From: Octopus vulgaris
Taxonomy: Eukaryota
NCBI GenBank assembly: GCA_951406725.2
Contig: OX597831.1
Span: forward strand, 3,348,001 to 3,412,000
Direction: 5' to 3'
DNA: 64,000 bases
This document shows positions 38,438-50,656 of this stretch, one piece after another (the stretch's first letter is position 1; every line of letters begins with the position of its first letter). A program made the position numbers and the translations under genes. The notes below the pieces were generated by a model. The model ran no database searches. It had not been told where the DNA came from and was given only the letters and a program-made list of their open reading frames with translations.

Positions 38438-40054
38438 CTTTTTCACTTCCCGAGCATTATACTAATACATCTGTTTGTTGTCTACACCACCTGTCTTCAT
38501 CTTTTGTGAATTTTCCCCCTATATGTATATATATACATATATATACATGGGAAAGAGAGAGAAGATTGTCAAAATAAGATTACTTTACTGTGTTTACTGT
38601 TTAACCCAGTGGTGCTCAACCATTTTTTGCCTATGGAACCCTTTGATTCCAATTTTTACTTGGGTGGATCCTCATAGCCATTTGATGTTTAAAAAATTTC
38701 TATTTATCATCATCATCATCATCATTTAAAGTCCGTTTGCCATGCTGGTATTAGTTGGATGATTTGATAGGAGCTGACCATCTGGAGAGAGCTGTTTTGG
38801 CATGGTTTCTTTGGCTGGATACTCTTCCTAGTGCCAACCACTTTACAGAGTGCTGGGGGCATTTTATGTGCCATCTATTATATTTTTATAATTAAATATC
38901 TGTAGGAAATGTATGATAAAAATATTGTTAAAATATTTGTTGTATAGTGAACGTATAACTAATTTGTTGCTCATAAATTTTATCAATGAAATCTTATTTG
39001 GACCTGCAAGGGTCATATGACCCCCAGATGAGGACCACTGATTTAATCCTTTAGCATTCAAATCCAGAATGTAGTCCCTCATAATTACCCTACAATGTCA
39101 TTCTAAAAACTTTCACTAAGTTACAAGATAATTAATGATTAATTCAAAACAATGGGTATAAATGAATATTGCATTTGACTGATTGACCTGAAAGCTGAAG
39201 GGTTAAAAAAAAACCTTCATACAATGAGCTGTACTGCTTACTATATTGAAAAGTCTTGTACTGTGTTTAGTATACAGAGGGTTGTGTTGTACTGTAGAAA
39301 GGTCTTCATTGTACTGTAAAGCTTTGAATATACTGTACTGTGTTCTAGAGAGGATACCACTGCATGGTAAGTCTTAGCTATCTACTTTTAAAACTGCCAT
39401 GAAATTTTTCTTGTATTATGAGTTTAACTGCTGTACAATATTTACGACAATCCTTTATGCGCTGTTTTGGCACCTCTACTGATTCAACTGCTAAATCTTT
39501 TATTTCGCTGTGAATTCTAGCTATAATATTTCCGTTCAATGTACTGTAGCTTGACCTGTGTTAACCTTGCCGTCTCCATTAGTGTCATCCTTTTGCTGCT
39601 TTCACCTTTGACATCATACCATTAAGGTAGGCGATATGCTGTTAAGCAACAGCGATTTGAAGCACTTGATAAAAGTTATTGGTTACTGAAGCAGTTGGTT
39701 GGTAGGATGTGTCTTCACGACATGAAACACTGGGAACAGAGCTAAATGGATTAATGGTTTTATCATTTTAAGACGTCTATGTGACGAATTGAAAACTGGT
39801 GTATTTTAATACTGGTATCATTTATATCTGTGTGTGTGTGTGTGAGTGTGTGCTCTTGCACACAACAACCAAACTGGAACAATTTAAACATCTAGTAGAA
39901 GTAATCTCATTTTGACAATCTTCTCTTTCTCTCTCTTATATATATATATATATATAAGGGGGGGGGGGGGTTCACATAAAAACAAAAGATGAAGACAGGT
40001 GGTGTAGACAACAACAAACAGATGTATTAGTTTAATGCTTGGGAAGTGAAAATG

Positions 40055-40093
40055 TCTTTAATGTTTCGAGCCCTACGCTCTTCCACAGAAAGA
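40055..40093 (-). ncRNA. Second copy of the A6U hammerhead-like motif (host element ~39972-40450, minus)
   Basis: Minus strand TCTTT-CTGTGGA-A-GAGC GTAGG GCTC-GAAA-CA-TT-AAAGA. Flanks match the 38385-38510 copy, and a pyrimidine-rich tract precedes it. Confidence 0.5.
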
Positions 40094-40849
40094 AACAAGG
40101 AGAGAAAATAAAGAATGTGTAGTGGCTAGCGATCTGTCATGGCGAATGCCGGACAGAAGGGTCACACGGGAGCTAGGAAGAAGCAGGGATGATAAAGTAG
40201 TGGTGATCCCAGAACGAAGGTGCGCATGAGTATGTATAAGAGAGTTTGTATGCGCGTGTGGAAGAGGGCTGGTGATCTTGACGTGTGCGTGTGTGTGTAG
40301 GTGTGAAAATGTAGGGCTGGGAAGTGGTTAGTGCTGGTGTGGTGTGATGGTGTTAAGGGGTGGGGTAGATGTGGGAGTGGGTGTAAGGGGTGGGGTGGAA
40401 AGGATAAGGAAGATGGGGTTGGAATGTGTGTGAGTGTTGGAAATGTCATATCTGTTGCCAGATAGTTTATAATGCAATTTCCTTTAAACTCTCTTTTATA
40501 TATATATCTATCTGTATATCTATAGTTGTCTATATAGATGCAGATATGACCGTGTAGTTAAGAAGCCCACTTTGTTGCCACATGGTTTTGGGTTCAGTCC
40601 CACTGTGCAGTGTATTGGGGCAAGAGATTTCTGCTATACCCTGCATTGTGATTAAATTTAATCGATGGAAACCGTGTGGAAGTCCACAGTATCACTATCT
40701 GTCTATATATGTTCTTCATTATCTCTACGTCTGCTTTTTGTTTGCTGTCATGTGTTGGAAGAGACTTCTCAACGCAATATTCTGTGGCCAGATTGCCCTT
40801 CCTCGAATAAATCCTGTTTTCAATGTTTATATAGAGAGTTACTACTACT

Positions 40850-41050
40850 ACTTCCAAAGTGATGTGATGTGGATGGCATACAAAATTTTCCCACTGACCA
40901 GTCCTGTCCAGATCCTTGTCTTAGACCACATTCATATCATCCTCAGTGTCATTTTTTTATTGTTTACAGCCATGCAGGTCTTCTGCTTGTTTGCCATCTT
41001 CTTCGTCTCCACCATCTTGGTCTTGCATTATATTCTCTCCGGTTGGATAT
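40850..41050 (-). mobile_element. Highly degenerate RTE-like LINE C-terminal remnant
   Basis: Frameshifted minus-strand sequence resembling the GxRRRGRP..TW..D..W ending of RTE ORFs. Confidence 0.35.
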
Positions 41051-41252
41051 GTAAAATATCTTTCAGCACTTATTTGTTTCATTTGTTGGACTGCGGCCAT
41101 ACTGGGGCATGCCTTCCAGAGTTTAGTTAAAAAATTGACCCCACAACATTTTAATGTCTAGTACTTATTCTATTGGTCACGTTTGCTGAACTGCTAAGTT
41201 ACGAGGATGAAAACAAAGTAACACTGGTTGTCAAGTACTGGTGGGTGACATA

Positions 41253-41465
41253 AGGCGGTGAGCTGGCAGAAACGTTAGCATGCCGGGCGAAATGCGTAGC
41301 AGTATTTCGTCTGTCTTTACGATCTGAGTTCGAATTCTGCCGAGGTCGACTTTGCCTTTCATCCTTTCGGGGTCGATAAAATAAGTACTAGTGAAACACT
41401 GGGGTCGACATGATCGACTAGTCCCCTCCCCACAAATCTGAGGTCTTGTGCCTAAAGTAGAAAGC
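41253..41465 (+). mobile_element. SINE family C, well preserved
   Basis: AGGCGGTGAGCTGGCAGAAACG head, GAGTTCGAATTC B-box-like motif and core; CpGs retained. Confidence 0.88.
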
Positions 41466-41646
41466 ATATGTCACCCACCAGTACTTTCATATGTTTAACA
41501 AATTCTGGAAAAAATGGTGAAGGCGGTGAACCTTTGTTGTTATTCGGTTGGTGCTTGGAACATAAATTGACATGAAATTTCAAAAGAAGCTTTTAATTTG
41601 GGTCCCCTGAACCCTTTAGCATTCAGATTACTCTTTTAAATGTAAT

Positions 41647-41968
41647 ACTCTTTTACTCTTTTACTTGTTTCAGTCATTTGACTGCGGCCATGCTGGAGCA
41701 CCGCCTTTAGTCGAGCAAATCGACCCCGGGACTTATTCTTTGTAAGCCCAGTACTTATTCTATTGGTCTCTTTTGCCGAACCGCTAAGTGACGGGGACGT
41801 AAACACACCAGCATTGGCTGTCAAGCAATGCTAGGGGGAAAACACACACACATACACATATATATATACATATATACGACAGGCTTCTTTCAGTTTCTGT
41901 CTACCAAATCCACTCACAAGGCATTGGTCGGCCCGGGGCTATAGCAGAAGACACTTGCCCAAGGTGCC
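41647..41968 (-). mobile_element. SINE family B, 5'-truncated, inside a family D MITE
   Basis: (CTCTTTTA)n tail complement at left; MITE halves flank it. Confidence 0.85.
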
Positions 41969-43660
41969 ATAATGTTTATTTATTCACATAGTTTTAAATG
42001 AATCATACATTATCTCATTGCTCTGACATTTCAATGACGTGACTGTTTGTTTTTAGAATGACATTGTAGGACAGGAGTGAGAGGCCGAATCTGGCCAGAT
42101 TGAAAATAAAACAAGTAGAATATCTGGGCCAAATATGGCCTGTTATAAAAGCTAAAGGGTCAAAGTAGGAAATTTGTATTACAGTACCATGGCTATCCCA
42201 AGGGTTAATTGCCAGAGCAGGACTCTGCTCCAAACACCACACCACCATTGATAAAACCATTGATACAAAGAGCCTTATTTAGTATGTTCATTAGAGAGGT
42301 GGTGAGCTGGCAGAATCGTTAGCACGCCAGGCAAAATACTAAGTGGCATTTCATTCATCTGAGTTCAAATTCCACCAAAGTCGATTTTTACCTTTCATCC
42401 TTTCAGGGTTGATAAAATAAGCACCGGGATTGATGTCATTGATTACCCATCTGCCCCTAAATTGCTGGTCTTGTGCCAAAATTCGAAACCAATATGTCAT
42501 TAGTCTATGTGACTTTACAACAGTATAGCCATTGCTTGATGTCTCTAAATTAATTTTAAAGTGATACCTCAATCCATCAGTGTATTTCCTTTAATAAACT
42601 CTTTTCATTGTTACCACCATGTTGCTCTTCCAGGATTTGATTTTTAGGACAACCCTTTTTAAAAAATTTTTCTAAATCTCTCTATCTATCAGGACTGACA
42701 GATTACATGTTGATCTGCTCAAATGATCACATTTATCTGAATAAAAGGTATTCTGCCCATCAACTCCCCCCCACCCCCAAGACCTTCTTTTCTCTTACAA
42801 TATATTTTCTGAGTCTGTAAGAACTACAAACACCAGTGGAAACAAGACATTGCCCTGCAGCATGCCACTCTAAATTCCCAATTCTTGTGATTAATGCCGG
42901 TCAACATACACTCAACATGTACTGCCATTGTTTGATTCCTTTTATAATATGAATATATTTCTTTGGTAATCAATAGTTCCTTAACTCTTTAGCATTTAAA
43001 CAGACCATATAAGGTCAAAATATTCTTCTGGCTTTATGTTCAAACTGATCAGATCCAGCCTCTCACACCTCTCCTACAATGTCATTCTAAAAATAAACAA
43101 TCACATGATTGAAATCTCAAAGCCATGAGATAATGCATGATTAATTCAAAACAATGTGACTAAATAAGCATTACATTTAACAGATTAATCTGAATGCTAA
43201 AGGGTTGAGCCAGCCATATCTGGCCTAAGTATTCTTCTTGTTTTATGTTCAAATTGGCCAGATCTGGCCTTTCACACCTAGCCTGCAATGTTATTCTAAA
43301 AACATGCAATCACATCATCAAAATCTCAAAGCTATAGGACAATGCATAATTAATTCAAAACAGTGTAAGTTAGTAAGTCTTACATCTGACAGTAACCTGA
43401 ATACTAAACAGTAAAAACTCTTCCATATTGGCCAGTGTGAAGGTTTTCTCAAAGTCCACAAATATCATTATCAGGAATGAGGTGAGGTGTTCTGAATCTT
43501 ACAGTTAAATTCTATAAAGTAATGCAAAAACATGGCCATTGCAACTCCTAGATTTTCTAAATCCTCCTTACTCCATATTTCAACATTGGATCTTGAGAAT
43601 TTCAGATTCTATTCAGTACAATTCCTTTCCAATTCCCTCAGTCTCTTAGAGCGTACTTCC

Positions 43661-43876
43661 TCTTTACTCTTTTACTCTTTTACTTGTTTCAGCCATTTGA
43701 CTGCGGCCATGCTGGAGCACTGCCTTTAATCGAGCAACTCGACCTCGGGACTTATTCTTTTGTAAGCCCAGTACTTATTCTATCGGTCTCTTTTGCCGAA
43801 CCGCTAAGTAACGGGGACATAAACACACCAGCATCGGTTGTCAAGCAATACTAGGGGGACAAACACAGATACACAA

Positions 43877-43907
<31 letters not shown>

Positions 43908-44080
43908 CATATATACGACGGGCTTCTTTCAGTTTCCGTCTACCAAATCCACTCACAAGGCATTGGTCAGCCTGAGGCTATAGTAGAAGACACATGCCCA
44001 AGGTGCCACGCAGTGGGACTGAACCCGGAACCATGTGGTTGGTAAACAAGCTACTTACCACACAGCCACTCCTGCGCCTA
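43661..44080 (-). mobile_element. SINE family B, full length
   Basis: Reverse complement of 54463-54879 at high similarity. Confidence 0.9.
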
Positions 44081-44215
44081 TAGTTCCCTGGTAGTTTTCA
44101 TCATGATCCCATTCCCAATCTTCTGTAGCCCCCAGCATCCAATATTTCCTAGAACAGTTTACATAGAAGATGTAACATACCATCAGTGGTGGCTTTTTAA
44201 ATATTTCTATTATTT

Positions 44216-44690
44216 AAGGCAGTTTTGGCTGGGAGAATTGGTAGCAAACCAGGCACCAAATGCTTTGTGGCATTCCATTTGTCTTTACGTTCTGAGTTCA
44301 AATACCACTGAGGTTGACTTTGCCTTCTATCCTTTCGAGGTCTATAAAATAAGTACCACTTGAACACTGGGGTCAATGTAATCAGCTTACCTCTTCCCCC
44401 GAAATTGCTGGCCTTGTGCCATAATTCGAAACCAATATTTCTGTTATTATTCCATCTTATTGCTTTACTGCCCACAAAGGGCTAAACACAGAGGGGACAA
44501 ACAAGGACAGACAAACAGATTAAGTCGATTACATTGATCCCAGTGCGTAACTGGTACTTAATTTATCGACCCCGAAAGGGTGAAAGGCAAAGTCGACCTC
44601 GGCGAAATTTGAACTCAGAACGTAACGGCAGATGAAATACCGCTAAGCATTTTGCCCGGTGTGCTAACGTTTCTGCCAGCTCGCCGCCTT
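44216..44690. mobile_element. Tail-to-tail pair of family C SINEs (+ 44216-44437, - 44455-44690)
   Basis: Both carry the family core. The minus copy is flanked by the direct repeat TTATTATTCCA (44444, 44689). Confidence 0.8.
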
Positions 44691-44940
44691 ATTATTCCAC
44701 CTGGTCCAGGAGTGTTTCAGTTCTTCAGCTGCTGAAGTGTTCTCTTAGACTCTCTTACCATTATGTTATTCATGCTTTGTCAAAGGGTTTTGTTGTTTCA
44801 TTACAGTTTGTCCCCAGAATTCTTTTACTCAATTCTCTGAAATTATGAGTTCTACACAGAGGGTATATATATACTGGCAGCCCTTTTGGTTTCTTTCCTA
44901 CAACAGTGATATGAATATATGTATGTATATACATACATGT

Positions 44941-45244
44941 GGTGGTGCAATGGCCCAGTGGTTAGGGCAGTGGCCTTGTGGTCATAGGATCGCAGTTTCG
45001 ATTCCCAGACTGGGCGTTGTGAGTGTTTATTGAGCGAAAACACCTAAAAGCTCCACGACTCTCTGGTAGGGGGTGGTGATCCCTGCTGTACTCTTTCACC
45101 ACTTTTTCTCCCACTCTTTCTTCTGTTGGCCTGCTCACTTAGCCAGCGGGGTGGCATCATTCGAAAGCTAAAACAATGTGAACGCATTGTGACCAGCGAT
45201 GTGTAACAACATCTGATGGTCTGGTCGGTCACGTGATCACATGA
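44941..45244 (+). mobile_element. tRNA-derived SINE, family F
   Basis: A-box-like TGGCCCAGTGG, B-box-like GTTTCGATTCC and a distinct body; inserted in an (ATAC)n context. Confidence 0.7.
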
Positions 45245-45257
45245 AATACATACATAC

Positions 45258-45535
45258 ATATTTCTAAGTTTTTGTGAAAATTTGTTGGTACACAACCCAA
45301 TGCACCTATGATGGTGGGTACAAATGAGAATTCATAGTCAGGGTACAAGAGTTGTAAGTCCTGCATTAATTCGCCATAAATCTTCTCCTTCTCCTGGACT
45401 TTTGATTGTACCTTCACATCCGCTGGGCAGCTGACCTCAACAACAGGGCATGACATTTGTTCCCTGTCTCACAGAACAACATCAGGTCTGTTATGTTTGC
45501 ACCGAATTGATGTTTTTATCGGGGTGTTCTACCAG
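45258..45535 (-). mobile_element. R4/NeSL-type non-LTR retrotransposon remnant (restriction-like endonuclease domain)
   Basis: Minus strand W*NTPIKTSIRCKHNRPDVVL*DREQMSCPVVEVSCPADV...KEKIYGEL...FVPTIIGALG: RPD..E motif with in-frame stops. Confidence 0.8.
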
Positions 45536-45589
45536 AAAAAGATTTTCTTGAGAGAGTTCAAGCTGGTTACTAATGAAGCAACAAGACCT

Positions 45590-45850
45590 TTTTTTTTAGT
45601 TTAGGAAGCTTCTTGTGTTTGTCAATACGTGGTTAAGTTGAACTGTTGATTCATACACCCAGGGATCTCAGATGGAGAAGCTTTGGAATGTCTTACAAAA
45701 TCTTCAATGTTACTGATAAAATCGGATTTGGAGAATCCACATCAACTTCTTTTGCTCTTCCTCTGTGAAACTGAGTATTTCTAAGTTTTTGTGTAAATTT
45801 GTTGGTACCATAACTTAGTGCACCTATGATGATAAATACAACTGAAAATT
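45590..45850 (-). mobile_element. Second R4/NeSL-type fragment (C-terminus and 3' end)
   Basis: IIIGAL..TN..HKNLE region similar to 45258-45335, continuing to the element end with a short A-tract. Confidence 0.6.
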
Positions 45851-46825
45851 GGTATATATATGCATGCACGCTTGCATACATGTGTTGTTTTTTTATATGT
45901 AATTATGATTTCTTACTACACATACGCACACCATCATCATCGTCATCATCGTTTAACGTCTGCTTTCCATGCAGATTTGGACGATTTGACTGAGGTCTGG
46001 CGAACCAGATGGCCGCACCAGACACCAATCTGATCTTGCAGAGTTTCTACAGCTGGATGCCCTTCCTAACGTCAACCACTCTGAGAGTGTAGTGGTTGCT
46101 TTTACGTGCCACCGGCACGAGGGCCAGTCAGGCGGTACTGGCACACAGTATTTGAGAAAAAGGAATTCAGTAAAATTTCTTATTTGATGGTATAAAAGAC
46201 GCACGGAAATACTAGACAAACCCCAATTTTAGCAGTGCATATTGAGGAAAAAATATTTTTGTTAGTGCATTAAAGCTTATGGGAGTCCCAACTTCACATA
46301 TAGGACCTCATTTGATTATTTAAGGCACTTTTTTTTTAAAAAAACGAAGTACATCCTATTAGCTTTTCTTGTTACAAAGCTGTTGCCTGGAACATGAATT
46401 AACATGAAATTTTGATGGAAAGTTTTAATTTAAATAACTTTGAACTAGAAGTTTGTACCAGATACGTGAATTGTGGATTCACAATTTGGGCCTGCAGGTA
46501 AGTAATGCATGTATGCATGAGAGAGAAAGAAAGAGAGATCAGCTTTTTATATTTCCATGTTAATGAAAGGTGAATCCATTGGAATTGCATGTGACACAAT
46601 TATAATGTCGAATACAATGTGAACCAAGATTAAGACCAGTGAAACTTTGTACCTGTGAAGAAAACCACCTGAAATGAAGAATTCATCTTTTTCTTCCTTG
46701 AACTGCTGTCATTCTTTAGTTCTGTATGCTGTCTTTGATTCCATTTCAGATCTGAGAGCCTGGTAAAACATAATTGTCTCCAAGATTTCTTGATTTAGTG
46801 CAAGTGGATCTCAGGACTTGGTATT

Positions 46826-47275
46826 TATGAGGGGATGCGGAAAGGTTCCTGGCTTTGGCTAAAAAGAAAATACAGGATGATCAGTTTAATTATAATTTTA
46901 TTCAACATATTCCCCTCTCAGATTCATACTTATTGCAGCAGTCCTTCAGTTTTTCTAAGCCCCCTTGTAAAAAAGAATTCAGAGAGTTGGGCCTGCAACC
47001 AGGCCTTACATAATACCTTTAACCCTTTAGTGTTTAAACTGGCCATATCAGGCCCAAATATCCTAGATGTTTTTCATTCAAACTGGCCATATTTAGCCTC
47101 TCACACCTAACCTACATTGACATTCTAAAAATAAACTATCATACCATTGAAACCTCAAAGCTATAAGATAATGTATGATTAATTCAAAACGATTTTAGTG
47201 AAAAAGTATTACATTTAACAGAGTAATCTGAACACTAAAGGGTTAAAGCCAGGAATTTTCAGCTCCCCCCTCGTA
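46826..47275. mobile_element. Tc1/mariner MITE interrupted by a family D piggyBac-like MITE (47019-47246)
   Basis: TA|TGAGGGGATGCGGAAAGGTTCCTGGCTTT ... AAAGCCAGGAATTTTCAGCTCCCCCCTCG|TA inverted termini with TA TSD. Confidence 0.75.
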
Positions 47276-47676
47276 TCTACATCTACTTCAGGTTCTCTTT
47301 GTTTTAATTTGTTTTCTTTAAAACATTTTTTCAGACAAGGATAATGGCATGTAATTATTCTCAATAAATATTTTGCTTCAGCATTCTCTCCTCCAAGGAC
47401 ATTGCATGTTTTAACAAACTGTTGTTTATGTTGCTGTTGTTGTTTAACCCCAGGTCAGTTTTCATTAAACACAGCCATGATCAATGGTATTTCAGCTTTA
47501 ACCATCAGGGACAGTATTGTGCAGTGTTTCCTACATAAGTTAAACCCTTTTGTTGCCATATTTCTTTTGGAATAGACTGCTTTTGTTTCAATTCATTTTG
47601 AAAATAATGAATTAAAAGCTGTTGTTAGGAACATAAACTAAGATGAAAACCACTTTAAAACAGGGATCTAGTACCT

Positions 47677-47905
47677 TAACCCTTTCGTTACCAACCCGGC
47701 TGAAACTGGCTCTGGCTTTGGTAGTACAAATGTCTTGTTTCCATAAGTTTTGTATTAAAATCTTCTACCAAACCTTAACCACAATTTATGTTCCTAACAT
47801 TAACTGAATGATAACTAAGTTATTTTACTAAATTCTTTGTTATATTTAAAGTAATTGAGAGAAACACAGAGCATCTCAACAAAAATACAGTAGCGAAAGG
47901 GTTAA
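47677..47905. mobile_element. piggyBac-like MITE nested in a family E copy (47540-47952)
   Basis: TTAA|CCCTTTCGTTAC ... GTAGCGAAAGGG|TTAA. Confidence 0.8.
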
Positions 47906-48048
47906 AACAAGAAATAATCTCAGCTGGTTTGGGTTGGTATCAAAAGGGTTAAAATTTTGGGAGTTTGCTTGCCATTTCCTTGGACTGTAAACGCTGAAAT
48001 TCCTGTCTTTTGCATTAGACAAGGAAACTACCATTCCAAGTCATCCAA

Positions 48049-48467
48049 TCTATATAATGAAGAAGGCAAACATTGATACAAATTGGATTTTTATGTAAAA
48101 AGGGGTCTAAATGGAGCTGGAATGGGGATTAAAATTTACAGGAGGGGGTTGGTAACTTGAGGTGAGAAATTGATTGGGAGATGTTTTGGGGTGCTACAGT
48201 GGTTGCATTGCTGTGAAAACGGGAATTTTATTGATTTTGAGGACACTTGGGAGAGTCTAGATTGGACACCTTTTGCTCGATTTCAATCAAATTTTCAACA
48301 TGGTAAAGTGGAAGCGGATTTGTAATTCAAGCGCGGAAAATGAAGAAGGCGAACGTTGATACAAATTAGATTTTTATGTAAAAAGGGGTCTAAATGGGTC
48401 TGGAAGAGGATAGGAAGCAACAGAAAGTAACAACCACACCCTCACCCGTGCATAGAGCGGGTCACAG
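48049..48467 (+). mobile_element. Probable non-autonomous Helitron
   Basis: A|TCTATATAAT 5' end and subterminal hairpin ACCCG-TGCATAGAG-CGGGT, then CACAG|T (the CTAG end is not intact). Internal ~59-bp direct repeat at 48056 and 48339. Confidence 0.5.
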
Positions 48468-48722
48468 TATATGTGAATCATTGGCTTGCTGGACAAAATG
48501 CTTACTTAGTGGCATTTCTTCCAATGCCATTGAGGTCAGCTTTGCTTTTCATTGTCTTGGAGTCAATAAAATAAATACCAGTTGAGCATTGGGGTTGATG
48601 TAATTGGATTGCTTCCCTTTCCTCAAGATTACTGGGTAAATGTCTTCTATTATAGCCTTGGGATGACCAGAGCCTTGTGAGTGGATTTGGTAGATAGAAA
48701 CTGAAAGAAGCACGTTATCTAT

Positions 48723-48769
<47 letters not shown>

Positions 48770-49489
48770 CACTACACTCAGATGGTGCTAAGAGCACCAT
48801 CTGAGTGTGATCGTTGCCAGAGCAGGTAACTGGCTTCTGTGCTGGTGGTACGTAAAAAGCACCATTGAAGCGTGATCGTTACCAGCGTCGCCTTACTGGC
48901 ACCTGTGCTGGTGGCATGTGAAAAAAACATTTGAGCATGGCTGTTGCCAGTACTGCCTGACTGGCCCTTGTGCCAGTGGCACATAAAAGCACTCACTACA
49001 CTCTCAGAGTGGTTGGCATTAGGAAGGGCATCCAGCTGTAGAAACTCTGCCAGATCAAGATTGGGGTCTGGTGCAGCCATGTGGTTCGCCAGTCCTCAGT
49101 CAAACCGCCCAACCCATGACAGCATGGAAAGCAGACGTTAAACAATGATGATGACACACACACATGTATTTATGTGTGTGTGTGTGTCTTTGTGTCTATG
49201 TTTGTCCACACATACCATTGCTTGACAACCAGTGTTGGTGTATTTATGTCCCCATAACGTAATGGTTTGGAAAAAAAGACCAATAGAACAAGTACTAGGT
49301 TTAAAAAAAAAAGTCCTGGAGTCGATTTGTTTGACTAAAGCCCTTCAAGGTGGTGCTCCAGCATGGCTGCTGTCAAATAAGTGAAACAAGTAAAAGAATG
49401 AATACACAGTGTACGTATGTGAGAGAGGAGTGAGTTGAGTTTGGTTTGAACGAAAAGGGATTCTGAGGTCCTGCAGCGGTTATATATAT

Positions 49490-50085
49490 AGGTGCAGGAG
49501 TGGCTGTGTGGTAAGAAGCTTGTTTACCAGCCATATGGTTCCGGGTTCAGTCTCACTGTGTGACACCTTCTACTATAGCCTTGAGCTGACCAAAGCCTTG
49601 TGAGTGGATTTGGTTGTCAGAAACTGAAAGAAGCCCATTGTATATATATATATATATATTATTATATATTTTTTTTTTTTTTTTTTAGGGCACCAGTGCT
49701 GGTCGCATGTAAAAAGCACCCACTACACTCACAGAGTGGTTGGCATTAGGAAGAGCATCAAGCAGTAGAAACACTGCCAGATCAGACTGGAGCCTGGTGC
49801 AGCCTCCTGGCTTCCTAGACCCCAGTCGAACTGTCCAACCCATGCTAGCATGGAAAACGGACGTTAAATGATGATATGTGTCTGTGTTTGTCCCCACCAC
49901 CACTTGACAACCAATGTTGGTGTGTTTATGTCCCCATAACTTAGCAGTTTGGCAAAAGAGATTAATAGAATAAGTACTATGCTTACAAAGAATAAGTCTT
50001 GGGATCTAGTTCTTCGAATAAAATCCTTCCAGACAGTGCTCTAGCATGGCTGAAGTCAGATGACTGAAACAAGTAAAAAAAATAA
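49490..50085 (+). mobile_element. SINE family B interrupted by a family A copy
   Basis: B head 49490-49640, A insert 49688-49875, B body resumes at 49876. Confidence 0.8.
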
Positions 50086-50433
50086 AATGATAATTAAAAA
50101 CAAGATTTCTCTGTTTTCACTGAATTTTCCAATATTTTGATCCCCTGAACTCTCATTCAATTATAAGTAACCAAATATTACAAAGATGTGCACCCTGAAC
50201 TCTTTAGCGTTCAGATTATTTTATCAAATATTTAGATAATGTTTATTTATTTTATAATTCTTTATTGCCCACAAGGGGCTAAACATAGAGGGGACAAACA
50301 AGGACAGACAAAGGGATTAAGTCGATTATATCGACCCCAGTGCGTAACTGGTACTTATTTTATCGGCCCCAAAAGGATAAAAGGCAAAGTTGACCTCATA
50401 AAATTTTGATGGAAGATTATAGCTAAGACCACT

Positions 50434-50656
50434 TTAACCCATTTGAGACACAGTGTTTTGGAATGTGTAATCAAAAAGACCAACATTTTTTCCTATTGAG
50501 ATATATCTACTGAAAGACGATCTCTGATTAGCTGTTACACTTCAAAACCAACCATTCACAAGATTTGTATCATCAGGCTGATGGATCGGCCTCAAAGTCC
50601 TTTCAGCTTGTGTCACTTGGGCCAATCAATTGGCCTGGGTGTCCCAAGAGGGTTAA
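50434..50656. mobile_element. Third piggyBac-like MITE type, inserted at the internal TTAA of a family E copy
   Basis: TTAA|CCCATTTGAGACAC ... GTGTCCCAAGAGGG|TTAA. Confidence 0.7.

Noticed and set aside
40582-41130. 182-aa hydrophobic + strand ORF
   Set aside because: Stitched from a SINE head, AT-rich DNA and the antisense of a LINE remnant; no domain recognisable.
44941-45015. tRNA gene-like segments (also 25939, 54463 and others)
   Set aside because: A/B-box-like motifs run into SINE bodies, and no complete cloverleaf is seen.
46630-46765. Possible minus-strand exon (LSDLKWNQRQHTELKNDSSSRKKKMNSSFQ)
   Set aside because: No recognisable homology and no phase-compatible partner exon.
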